Shown here: piece after piece, positions 1-7,564 of the stretch
How the letters are laid out: each line of letters starts with the position of its first letter
Position numbering within the stretch: the first letter of the stretch is position 1
Origin: an uncultured Actinomycetes bacterium
Lineage (GTDB): Bacteria; Actinomycetota; Actinomycetes; Acidothermales; Acidothermaceae
Reading direction: 5' to 3'
Assembly (NCBI GenBank): GCA_963747395.1
Contig: CAVVEX010000016.1
Coordinates: 765,782 to 829,781 of the forward strand
DNA: 64,000 nt
The notes under the pieces: generated by a model
Seen by the model: only the letters and a program-made list of their open reading frames with translations
Databases searched by the model: none
Told to the model about the DNA's origin: nothing
Position numbers and translations under genes: made by a program

Positions 1-1024
1 CCCGCGCCGCCGCCGAGTCCAGCGAGTCCAGCAAGTTGGCTAACAACGTGCGGCGCCGCCCCTGAACTCGCTCCACGGCGTCGGTGAACGCTCGTCCAGC
101 GCCCTGAACCACCGACAGGTGGCGCGTCGCCCTGGTGATCGCGCTGTAGACCAACGGCCGCGACAGCAGGCCGGCCGACTCCGGCGCGACCGCGAACACC
201 GCCGCCGGCCATCCGCGTCCGAGCGCCTCAGCCACCGGCATCGGCGGAAGCGCCCCGATCGCGGCCAGCCGCTGCGCGAGCGCCGCCGCACCGCACTCGC
301 CTTTCGTCGTGACGGTCAGCACCTGAACCTCTGACGCCGCCAGGCCAAACGCGCGGGGGATCGAATCGCGCACCAGCTGGACGACTCGATGCGCCGCCTC
401 GGCGCCGGTCGCCGCGGGCACGATCACCACCTCGCGGGTCGGGTCGTCGATGGCGGACGGCGTGCCCATCGCGACGGCGGCGGCGAAATCACGCAGCACC
501 GCTCCGCCACCCCGCCGGTCGAAGCCGATCCGTGTCACCGGAGCGACACCGCACTCCGCGATGTCAGCGAAAGCGCGTCCGGCCCCGGGCGAGCCGAGAC
601 CGGCGATATCACCGGCCAGCACGGCGATCTCGTCGTCGGCGCAGCTGTCGAGAAACGTCGCGAGTGTCTCGACGTCGAGATGTTCGCAATCGTCGGCGAC
701 GATGGCGTTGGGACCACCGGCCGCCGTCTCGTCCCGCGCGGCGCCCGCGGGCCCGACCACGATCCGCAACCGGTCGGCACGCGCGAGTTCGTCAACCGCG
801 CGGGCGATCGACTGCTCGGCCGTGACCAGCGAGCGCAGCCCGACGAGCGACGCGGTGGGCGCGCTGACGAGTCCGCTGCCGGGCGCGCCGACCTCTCGCA
901 TCGCCACCTCGAGACGCATCCCGCGCGCGCTCAACACCGAGCCGGCGACCGAAACCGGGACGACGGTGTGGCCATCCGCAGCGGCCGCCTCCAGCAACCG
1001 CAGCAGGACAGCCCCAGCGCTCAT
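1..1024 (-). CDS. RecD/UvrD_C-like helicase-family protein, partial (C-terminus runs off the left edge), motifs look degenerate
   Basis: My own minus-strand translation from the ATG at 1024 is stop-free to position 1. It is absent from the ORF track because no stop lies in the window. Sequence: MSAGAVLLRLLEAAAADGHTV...IVADDCEHLDVETL...VVIVPAATGAEAAHRVVQLVRDSIPRAFGL...LSRPLVYSAITRATRHLSVV. The last block is the typical C-terminal motif of RecD-like helicases. An ATGA start/stop overlap with the upstream gene lies at 1021-1024. Where a Walker A is expected the sequence reads GPAGAARD. Confidence 0.55.
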   Translation of the reverse strand, partial: MSAGAVLLRLLEAAAADGHTVVPVSVAGSVLSARGMRLEVAMREVGAPGSGLVSAPTASLVGLRSLVTAEQSIARAVDELARADRLRIVVGPAGAARDETAAGGPNAIVADDCEHLDVETLATFLDSCADDEIAVLAGDIAGLGSPGAGRAFADIAECGVAPVTRIGFDRRGGGAVLRDFAAAVAMGTPSAIDDPTREVVIVPAATGAEAAHRVVQLVRDSIPRAFGLAASEVQVLTVTTKGECGAAALAQRLAAIGALPPMPVAEALGRGWPAAVFAVAPESAGLLSRPLVYSAITRATRHLSVVQGAGRAFTDAVERVQGRRRTLLANLLDSLDSAAAR

Positions 1025-2013
1025 TCCTGGCCGGCGCCGCGCTCTGGGTATCCGACGGCAGGCGCGGAGACCTCGTCGAGCGCGTCTCGGATTTCGGCCG
1101 GCAACTCGACGTCGACCTCCGCCAAGATGCCCAGTAGCTGCGCGGCCGTCCGGGCGCCCACGATCGGCGCCGCCACGCCGGCCCGGTCACGCACCCACGC
1201 GAGCGCGACGGCCAACGGCGACACGCCCAATCCGTCGGCCGCGGTGCACACCGCCTGCACGACCCGCCCGTGCGCTTCGTCCAGGTAGGGCTCGACGAAC
1301 GATGCGAGGTGGTCGCTGGCAGCGCGCGAGTCGGCGGGGATGCCCGAGCGGTACTTGCCGGTGAGAACCCCTCGGCCGAGCGGCGACCACGACAAGATCG
1401 ACAACCCGGCGTCGACCGCGGCCGGCGCCACCTCGCGTTCGACGCCGCGCTCGAGTAGCGAGTACTCGACCTGCGTCGACACCAGCGGCGCCCGGCCGGG
1501 CCACGCGGCTTGCCAGCTCGCCGCCTTGGCGGTCTGCCAGCCGCTGAAATTCGAGATGCCGACGTAGCGGGCGCGACCGGACGTCACCGCGGCGTCGAGC
1601 GCCGACAGTGTCTCCTCGAGCGGGGTGAGCGGGTCGAAGCCGTGCAACTGCCAAAGGTCGACGTGCTCGATGCCGAGGCGGTCGAGCGAGTCGTCGAGCG
1701 CTTTGAGCAGATGCCGCCGTGACATGTCGCGGCGACGTCCGCCTTCTCTTTCATGGGGAGCGAGCCCGCCGGCCTTGGTGGCGATCACCAGCTCGGCCCG
1801 GTCGACGCCCTTCGCGAGGACGGTCCCGATGACCCGCTCGCTGTCGCCGCTCGCGTACGTGTCGGCGGTGTCGAGCAGCGACCCGCCGGCCTCGATGAAG
1901 GTCTTCAACTGGTCGGCGGCCTCGTGCTCGTCGGTGTCGCGACCCCAGGTGGCGGTACCGAGCCCGACGCACGAAATGGTGAGCCCGCTACCGCCGACGC
2001 GACGCTGCTCCAT
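1021..2013 (-). CDS. aldo/keto reductase
   Basis: ORF 1021..2238(-). The conserved part starts MEQRRVGGSGLTISCVGLGTATWG...LDTADTYASGDSE, with the ATG at 2013. The 75 upstream codons of the ORF run through an intergenic palindromic repeat and look non-coding. Confidence 0.85.
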   Translation of the reverse strand: MEQRRVGGSGLTISCVGLGTATWGRDTDEHEAADQLKTFIEAGGSLLDTADTYASGDSERVIGTVLAKGVDRAELVIATKAGGLAPHEREGGRRRDMSRRHLLKALDDSLDRLGIEHVDLWQLHGFDPLTPLEETLSALDAAVTSGRARYVGISNFSGWQTAKAASWQAAWPGRAPLVSTQVEYSLLERGVEREVAPAAVDAGLSILSWSPLGRGVLTGKYRSGIPADSRAASDHLASFVEPYLDEAHGRVVQAVCTAADGLGVSPLAVALAWVRDRAGVAAPIVGARTAAQLLGILAEVDVELPAEIRDALDEVSAPAVGYPERGAGQE

Positions 2014-2055
2014 GGCGCGACAGGCTACCGCCTCCGCGCCACACCCGCCCCGTTC

Positions 2056-2118
2056 GCCGAGCGAAGGGTTTGGGTCGTGGCAACGCGCATTTCGGCAGCC
2101 CAAACCCTTCACCCGGCG
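2056..2118. repeat. 63-nt palindromic intergenic element, copy A
   Basis: Sequence gccgagcgaagggtttgggtcgtggcaacgcgcatttcggcagcccaaacccttcacccggcg. The 12-bp stem gaagggtttggg/cccaaacccttc is perfect. A gapless alignment to 6441-6503 gives 50 of 63 identical positions. Confidence 0.7.
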
Positions 2119-2153
2119 CGGAAGACGCGGCAGGCGCGGCGCGCGGGAGGTCG

Positions 2154-2689
2154 TCAGGCGTCGCGTCGGCCGATGAGGTACCGCGCCACGCCGGTGATCA
2201 CAACCGCGTACAGCGCCAGCACGCCGAGTCCGCTCCACGCGCTGAGCATGCTGTGCTGTCGCTGCACGTTCAGGATGTGGGTCCCGGCGTTGACCCCAGG
2301 GCGCGTTTGCGGGCGACCGACGGCAGGCCGACCAGGTCGAGCACCTCGCCGACCCGCTGTCGCGGTATGCCGTTGCTTTGCGCCACGCACAGCAGGTGGT
2401 GGTATGCGCTGCGTCCGCCGTGCATCGCCTTCGCGTCGAGCAACGAGCCCACCTCGTGCAGCGGACGACGGATCTCGCCGTACGGCCGGCCGTTGACGGT
2501 CGCGGTGCCGCGGGTCGGGTGGTCCAGGCCGAGAATCATCCGCATCGTCGTCGACTTGCCGGACCCGTTCGGGCCAAGAAAGCCGGTCACCCGGCCGGGC
2601 TGCATCCCTGGCGCGCCCCTGAGCCAGCCCGCAGGCGCCCGTCGGTAGACTCGCCAACGTGTCGACGTCGACGAAAGAGCCACAGGCAC
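2154..2689 (-). pseudogene. remnant of an ABC-2 type transporter operon: N-terminal ATPase fragment fused to the C-terminal tail of the permease
   Basis: ORF 2270..2689(-) carries Walker A and the following region (VTGFLGPNGSGKSTTMRMILGLD...GRSAYHHLLCVAQSNGIPRQRVGEVLDLVGLPSVARKRA). It stops before the signature and Walker B motifs. From about 2295 another frame (end of ORF 2154..2777) reads GVNAGTHILNVQRQHSMLSAWSGLGVLALYAVVITGVARYLIGRRDA*, which is a typical ABC-2 permease C-terminus. Confidence 0.65.
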
Positions 2690-2892
2690 TGACCAAAGCG
2701 CAGTTCGGGGCGCTGCTCGTCGTGCTCGTGGCCTGCGGTGTGCTGGCCTTGATCGCGTTGTCCGGCGCGGCCGGCAAGCACGGCGTGTGCCCTGGCCCGA
2801 GGCAAGACTCGCGCCCGACTAACGCCAGCTGTTACGTGACCTACGACAACCTCGCCAAGACTGGCGTCATCGGCTACCCCTCAGCGTCGTAG
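2659..2892 (+). CDS. small hypothetical membrane protein (77 aa)
   Basis: GTG-initiated ORF with high GC3 and one hydrophobic helix (FGALLVVLVACGVLALIALSGAA). No strong SD and no recognisable family. Confidence 0.4.
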   Translation: MSTSTKEPQALTKAQFGALLVVLVACGVLALIALSGAAGKHGVCPGPRQDSRPTNASCYVTYDNLAKTGVIGYPSAS

Positions 2893-2900
2893 GCGCCGCC

Positions 2901-3617
2901 GTGACGACGGTCGTCTTGTTGCGGCACGGCCTCACCGCCATGACCGGGCCCGTGCTCGCGGGCCGCACTCCCGGCGTCCATCTCGACGACAGGGGCCGAG
3001 CCCAGGCCGACGCCGTCGCGTCCCGGTTGTCGGGCGTGCGGTTGTCCGCGCTGGTGAGCAGCCCGCTGGAGCGCTGCCAGGACACGGTCGCGCCGATCGC
3101 CGCCGCGACCGGATTGTCCGTGTCGACCGAACCTCGGCTGGTCGAGTGCGGATACGGCGACTGGACCGGTCAGGAGTTGAAGAAGCTGGCCAAAGACCCG
3201 CTGTGGAAGGTCGTGCAGGCGCACCCGAGCGGCGTGACCTTTCCGGGTGAGGGCGGCGAGTCGTTGCGGGCGGCGCAAGCGCGCGCGGTCGACGCGATCC
3301 GATCGTGGAACGCGACGCTTGGAGCGGACGCGGTGTGGCTCGCCTGCTCGCACGCCGACATCATCAAGTCGATCGTCGCCGACGCTCTCGGCCTTCATCT
3401 CGACGAGTTCCAGCGGATCGTGGTCGACCCGTGCTCGGTGACCGTGATCAACTACACGCCGACGCGGCCGTTCGTCGTCCGGGTCAACGACTCCGGCGCC
3501 GATCTGGCCACGCTGCTGTCGTCGGCGAAGCCCAAAAAGGGCGGACGACGCGCCGCTTCCAGCGGCGACGCCCCGGTCGGAGGCGGCGCCGGTTCCCATG
3601 GGCTTGCTGGCAAATAG
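2901..3617 (+). CDS. histidine phosphatase family protein (MSMEG_4193-type putative phosphomutase/phosphatase)
   Basis: RHG motif at the N-terminus (MTTVVLLRHGLT), plus SSPLERCQDT and ACSHADIIK. First gene of the conserved trio. Confidence 0.85.
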   Translation: MTTVVLLRHGLTAMTGPVLAGRTPGVHLDDRGRAQADAVASRLSGVRLSALVSSPLERCQDTVAPIAAATGLSVSTEPRLVECGYGDWTGQELKKLAKDPLWKVVQAHPSGVTFPGEGGESLRAAQARAVDAIRSWNATLGADAVWLACSHADIIKSIVADALGLHLDEFQRIVVDPCSVTVINYTPTRPFVVRVNDSGADLATLLSSAKPKKGGRRAASSGDAPVGGGAGSHGLAGK

Positions 3618-3627
3618 GGTTGCCGCC

Positions 3628-4218
3628 ATGCCACGTCAGATCTTCGTCTTCGACCCGCCTGAGCGCCTCGTCGTCGGCACGGTCGGCCAACCCGGCGAGC
3701 GCACGTTTTTCTTGCAGGCGCGCGGCGGCGGTCAGCTGACCAGCGTCGTGCTGGAGAAGGTCCAGGTGGCCGCGTTGGCGGAGCGGCTGGAGCAGTTGCT
3801 CGACGAGTTGGTGCGCGTGTCGGGCGGCACCGTGGCCGTGCCGGCGATCGCGCCCGCCGAGCTGCTCGACAACGGGCCGCTGGAGCAGCCGATCATCGAG
3901 GAGTTCCGCGTCGGCGCGCTGAGCCTCGGCTGGGATCCGGAGTCCGAACGCGTGGTGATCCAAGCCCAGGCGGTCAGCGACACCGAAGCGCCCGGGGGCG
4001 GCGACGACGACGATCCGTTCCTCGAGGAATTCGACGATTCCACCACCGAGGGCCCGGACGTCTTGCGGGTCCGCATCAGCGGCGCGCTCGCGCGGGCTTT
4101 CACCAAGCGGGCGCTGGAGATTGTCGCGGCGGGGCGACCACCGTGCCAGTTCTGCGGACAGCCGCTCGATCCCGAGGGCCACATCTGCGCCCGCTCAAAT
4201 GGGCACCACCCGCACTGA
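3628..4218 (+). CDS. DUF3090 family protein
   Basis: MPRQIFVFDPPERLVVGTVGQPGERTFFLQA..., with a C-terminal Cys/His cluster PPCQFCGQPLDPEGHICARSNGH. ATG at 3628 inside ORF 3598..4218. Confidence 0.8.
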   Translation: MPRQIFVFDPPERLVVGTVGQPGERTFFLQARGGGQLTSVVLEKVQVAALAERLEQLLDELVRVSGGTVAVPAIAPAELLDNGPLEQPIIEEFRVGALSLGWDPESERVVIQAQAVSDTEAPGGGDDDDPFLEEFDDSTTEGPDVLRVRISGALARAFTKRALEIVAAGRPPCQFCGQPLDPEGHICARSNGHHPH

Positions 4219-4241
4219 CGGCACCCGGCTGACGGCACGCG

Positions 4242-5045
4242 ATGCCGGCCGCCGACCGGCGGTGGAGTGACCGCCCGAGTCAGGCGATCCCAGATACTGG
4301 GTGCGTGGCAGCTCCGGACGAAGCGGCACCCGCGCTGAACCCCGACGACGTCCGCGCCGTGCTGACCCTCGGGGAGATGGCGATCGAGGGCCGGCTCATC
4401 GACGCGTCGAACACCACGCTGTACGCGAGGGTTTGCCTGGACGGTGTGCAGCTGACCTGCGTGTACAAGCCGGTCGCGGGGGAGCGGCCGCTTTGGGACT
4501 TCCCCGACGGCACGCTCGCCGGCCGGGAGGTCGCCGCCGCCCTGGTGTCGGACGCGACCGGCTGGGACGTCGTCCCGCCGACCGTTATGCGCGATGGTCC
4601 ATTGGGCCCGGGCATGTGCCAGTTGTGGATCGACGTCGACGAGGGCGTCGACCTGCTCGCGTTGCTGCACAGCGACGACCCCGCGCTCCGGAGAGTCGCC
4701 GTTTTCGACGCGGTCGTCAACAACGCCGACCGCAAGGGCGGCCACCTGCTTCCGACGCCCGACGGCCACATCTTCGGCGTCGATCACGGAGTCTGTTTTT
4801 CCACCGACGACAAGTTGCGCACGATCCTTTGGCAGTGGCGCGGCACGCCGCTCCCGGACGACGCGCTCGCGACGCTCGCGACGCTGCGCGACGACTTGCT
4901 CACCGGACTGGGCGATTCATTGCGGGAGCACCTGACGTCGCGCGAGGTGGCGGCCACCCGGCGTCGCGTCGACAAGCTGCTGCGCACCGGCTGCTTCCCC
5001 GAGCCGGGAGAAGGCTGGCCGGCGATCCCGTGGCCGCCGTTCTAG
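4242..5045 (+). CDS. SCO1664 family protein (PI3/4-kinase-fold-like)
   Basis: Motifs LIDASNTTLYARV...CVYKPVAGERPLWDFPDGTLAGREVAA...VVNNADRKGGHLL...FGVDHGVCF. The start may lie downstream of 4242. Confidence 0.8.
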   Translation: MPAADRRWSDRPSQAIPDTGCVAAPDEAAPALNPDDVRAVLTLGEMAIEGRLIDASNTTLYARVCLDGVQLTCVYKPVAGERPLWDFPDGTLAGREVAAALVSDATGWDVVPPTVMRDGPLGPGMCQLWIDVDEGVDLLALLHSDDPALRRVAVFDAVVNNADRKGGHLLPTPDGHIFGVDHGVCFSTDDKLRTILWQWRGTPLPDDALATLATLRDDLLTGLGDSLREHLTSREVAATRRRVDKLLRTGCFPEPGEGWPAIPWPPF

Positions 5046-5128
5046 CGGTCCGTCGAGCGCTCGTCGGCGCCCGATGACGAGCGCGACCGCGCGACCGCGG
5101 TCGCTCCAGCCCAAGTAGAGTTCGCAGC

Positions 5129-6349
5129 ATGCAGCCTTGGAAGCCGCCGGACGGGCCAGCCCCCTCGGCGCTGCCTGGTAAGGGCCGGCTGCCGCAGGTG
5201 CTTGACACCGCTCGCGACGCGAAGGTCACGGTCGGTTCGTCGTCGTCCGCGTCGATGTACGTCTGCGGGATCACGCCGTACGACGCGACGCACATGGGAC
5301 ACGCGGCGACGTACGTGGCGTTCGACCTGCTCAACCGGGTGTGGCGCGACGCCGGCGCGAAAGTGCGCTACGTGCAAAACGTCACGGACGTCGACGACCC
5401 GCTGCTGGAACGCGCCGCCGCCACCGGCGTGCCGTGGGAGGAGCTGGCGCACCGGGAGATTCAGCTCTTCCACGATGACATGACCGCGCTGCGCGTGCTG
5501 CCGCCCGACGAGTACGTCGGCGTCGTCGAGTCGATTCCGCTGATCGCCGACCACGTCGACCGGTTGCGTCGGTCCGGCGTCGGATACGACGTCGACGGTG
5601 ACCTGTATTTCGCCGCCGGGGCGGCGGAAAGCTTCGGCTCCGTCTCGCATCACGACCGGGCGACGATGCTCGAGCTGTTCGCCGAGCGCGGCGGCGACCC
5701 GGACCGACCGGGCAAGAAGGACCAGCTCGACTGGCTGCTGTGGCGGGGCGAACGCCCGGGGGAGCCGGCATGGGATTCGCCCGTCGGCCGTGGCCGCCCG
5801 GGCTGGCACGTCGAGTGCTCGACGATCGCGACCACCTACATCGGCGCGCCGATCGACGTCCAGGGCGGCGGCCGCGACCTGATTTTCCCGCATCACGAGA
5901 TGTGCGCGGCCCAAGTCACGGCGGTGGGGGGCACCTGCTTCGCGGGCGCGTTCATGCACGCCGGAATGGTCGGATTCGAGGGCGAGAAGATGTCGAAGTC
6001 GCGGGGGAACCTGGTCTTCGTGTCGAAGCTGCGGTACGCGGGCGTCGACCCGATGGCCATCCGGCTCGCGTTGATCGACCACCATTACCGCGGCGATTGG
6101 GAGTGGACGCCGGATGACCTCGCCGCCGCCTCCGATCGGTTGAACCGGTGGCGTTCCGCGGTCTCGCGGCCCAGCGGTCCGGACGCCGCGGCGCTGCTTG
6201 CCGCCGTCCGAGACCACCTGGCCGACGACCTGAACGCCCCGGCGGCGCTGCGCGCGATCGACGAGTGGGCGTCCGCGGCAGGCGACGACGCGACCGCGCC
6301 GGGGATCGCGCGGGCGCTCGCGGACGCGCTCCTCGGCGTCGCGCTCTAG
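5129..6349 (+). CDS. mshC: L-cysteine:1D-myo-inositol 2-amino-2-deoxy-alpha-D-glucopyranoside ligase (mycothiol ligase)
   Basis: Class I aaRS-like: [36 protein letters not shown], and a length of 406 aa typical of MshC. Confidence 0.9.
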   Translation: MQPWKPPDGPAPSALPGKGRLPQVLDTARDAKVTVGSSSSASMYVCGITPYDATHMGHAATYVAFDLLNRVWRDAGAKVRYVQNVTDVDDPLLERAAATGVPWEELAHREIQLFHDDMTALRVLPPDEYVGVVESIPLIADHVDRLRRSGVGYDVDGDLYFAAGAAESFGSVSHHDRATMLELFAERGGDPDRPGKKDQLDWLLWRGERPGEPAWDSPVGRGRPGWHVECSTIATTYIGAPIDVQGGGRDLIFPHHEMCAAQVTAVGGTCFAGAFMHAGMVGFEGEKMSKSRGNLVFVSKLRYAGVDPMAIRLALIDHHYRGDWEWTPDDLAAASDRLNRWRSAVSRPSGPDAAALLAAVRDHLADDLNAPAALRAIDEWASAAGDDATAPGIARALADALLGVAL

Positions 6350-6440
6350 CGTCGCGCTCTAACGGGGCTGGCCGCCCTGGTCCGCCCTAGTCCGCTCTAC
6401 CGCGCCCCCGCCCGCGCCCACGCCGAGTGCCCGCGCCCAC

Positions 6441-6503
6441 GCCGAGTGAAGGGCTCGGGTCGTCAAAACCTCAATTTCGGCAGCGCAAACCCTGCACTCG
6501 GCG
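6441..6503. repeat. 63-nt palindromic intergenic element, copy B (with a 19-bp tandem duplication of its 5' flank at 6411-6448)
   Basis: Sequence gccgagtgaagggctcgggtcgtcaaaacctcaatttcggcagcgcaaaccctgcactcggcg. The outer stem gccgagtg/cactcggc is perfect. It lies between the convergent mshC and PAC2 genes. Confidence 0.7.
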
Positions 6504-6540
6504 AAAGGACACCGTGCGCCGGGCGGATAAGTCTCGTGGA

Positions 6541-7395
6541 TCAGGAGGCGCCGTCGCGGCGGTGGCGCAGGTACCGCTCGAACTCGCGCGCGATCGCCTC
6601 GCCGCTCGCCTCGGGCAGATCTGCCTCGTCCTTTTGCCGCTCGAGCGTGCGCACGTACTCGGCGACCTCCGAGTCTTCCTCCGCCAGCTGATCGACCCCG
6701 CGCTCCCAGGCCTCAGACATCTCGGCCAGGTCGCCGTACGGCATCGGCAAGTCGAGCACGTCCTCGAGATTTCGCAACAGCGCGAGGGTCGCCTTGGGGC
6801 ACGGTGGCTGCGCAACGTAGTGAGGCACGGCGGCCCACAGCGACACCGCCGGCAAGCCGGCGCGGATGCACGCGTCGTTGAACACGCCGACGATCCCGGT
6901 CGGGCCTTCGTACGTCGACTGCTCGAGACCGAGCCGGCGCGCGGTGTCGGCGTCAACCGCGGTGCCGCTCACCGGCACCGGCCTGGAGTGCGGTGAGTCG
7001 GACAACAGCGCCCCGAGGTTGACGACCTCCTCCACGCCGAGCCGGTTGGCCGCGTCGAGGATCTCCGCGCAGAAGGAGCGCCAGCGCATGTTCGGCTCGA
7101 GGCCGCGCACCAGCACGATGTCGCGCCGGTCGTCGACGCCCTGAGCAAGGGTGATGCGAGTGGTCGGCCAACTCACCCGCCGGCTCACGCCGTCGACCAA
7201 CGCGACGGCCGGCCGGTTGACCTGAAAGTCGTAGTAATCCTCTGGGTCGATCTCGCCGACCGGTGTGGCCAACCAGGCCAACTCAAGGGCCTCGATGGCG
7301 TCGCTCGCGGAGTCGGCCGCGTCGTTCCAACCTTCGAACGCCGTCACCATCACCGGGCGCCGCAGCTGCGGGATCTCCCCGGAGAACTCGATCAC
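6541..7395 (-). CDS. PAC2 (proteasome assembly chaperone 2-like) family protein
   Basis: Begins VIEFSGEIPQLRRPVMVTAFEGWNDAADSASDAIE... The GTG at 7395 is preceded by GGAAGGAG. The upstream part of ORF 6541..7638 is a low-complexity read-through of a 12-bp repeat. Confidence 0.8.
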   Translation of the reverse strand: MIEFSGEIPQLRRPVMVTAFEGWNDAADSASDAIEALELAWLATPVGEIDPEDYYDFQVNRPAVALVDGVSRRVSWPTTRITLAQGVDDRRDIVLVRGLEPNMRWRSFCAEILDAANRLGVEEVVNLGALLSDSPHSRPVPVSGTAVDADTARRLGLEQSTYEGPTGIVGVFNDACIRAGLPAVSLWAAVPHYVAQPPCPKATLALLRNLEDVLDLPMPYGDLAEMSEAWERGVDQLAEEDSEVAEYVRTLERQKDEADLPEASGEAIAREFERYLRHRRDGAS

Positions 7396-7451
7396 GCGGG
7401 CTCCTTCCGACGGCAGCTTCCAGCCTACGGCGTCCGCGCAAACAACTGCGG

Positions 7452-7511
7452 GACCAACCGCGCGACCAACCGCGCGACCAACCGTTGGGCCAACCGCTGG
7501 ACCAGGGCCGC
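7452..7511. repeat. 12-bp tandem array (GACCAACCGCGC, about 4.5 copies) in the PAC2/metH divergent intergenic region
   Basis: gaccaaccgcgc gaccaaccgcgc gaccaaccgttg ggccaaccgctg gaccagggccgc, read directly from the sequence. Confidence 0.8.
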
Positions 7512-7564
7512 GACGCTGGGTAACGGCACGCGGCGAAAGACGCCCGCACGGTACCGTTAAGCAA

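Noticed and set aside
7265-7564. N-terminal 100-codon extension of the metH ORF, and the matching extension of the PAC2 ORF (7396..7638)
   Set aside because: Both read through the 12-bp tandem array, giving PTARPTARPTVGPTAGP and GWSRGWSRGWSR. They overlap each other on opposite strands. Conserved protein sequence and SD-like sites begin at 7565 and 7395.
7396-7564. A SAM/SAH/cobalamin riboswitch upstream of metH
   Set aside because: I could not find the B12 box or other conserved cores that I remember. The leader is dominated by the 12-bp repeat. A covariance-model scan would be needed to be certain.
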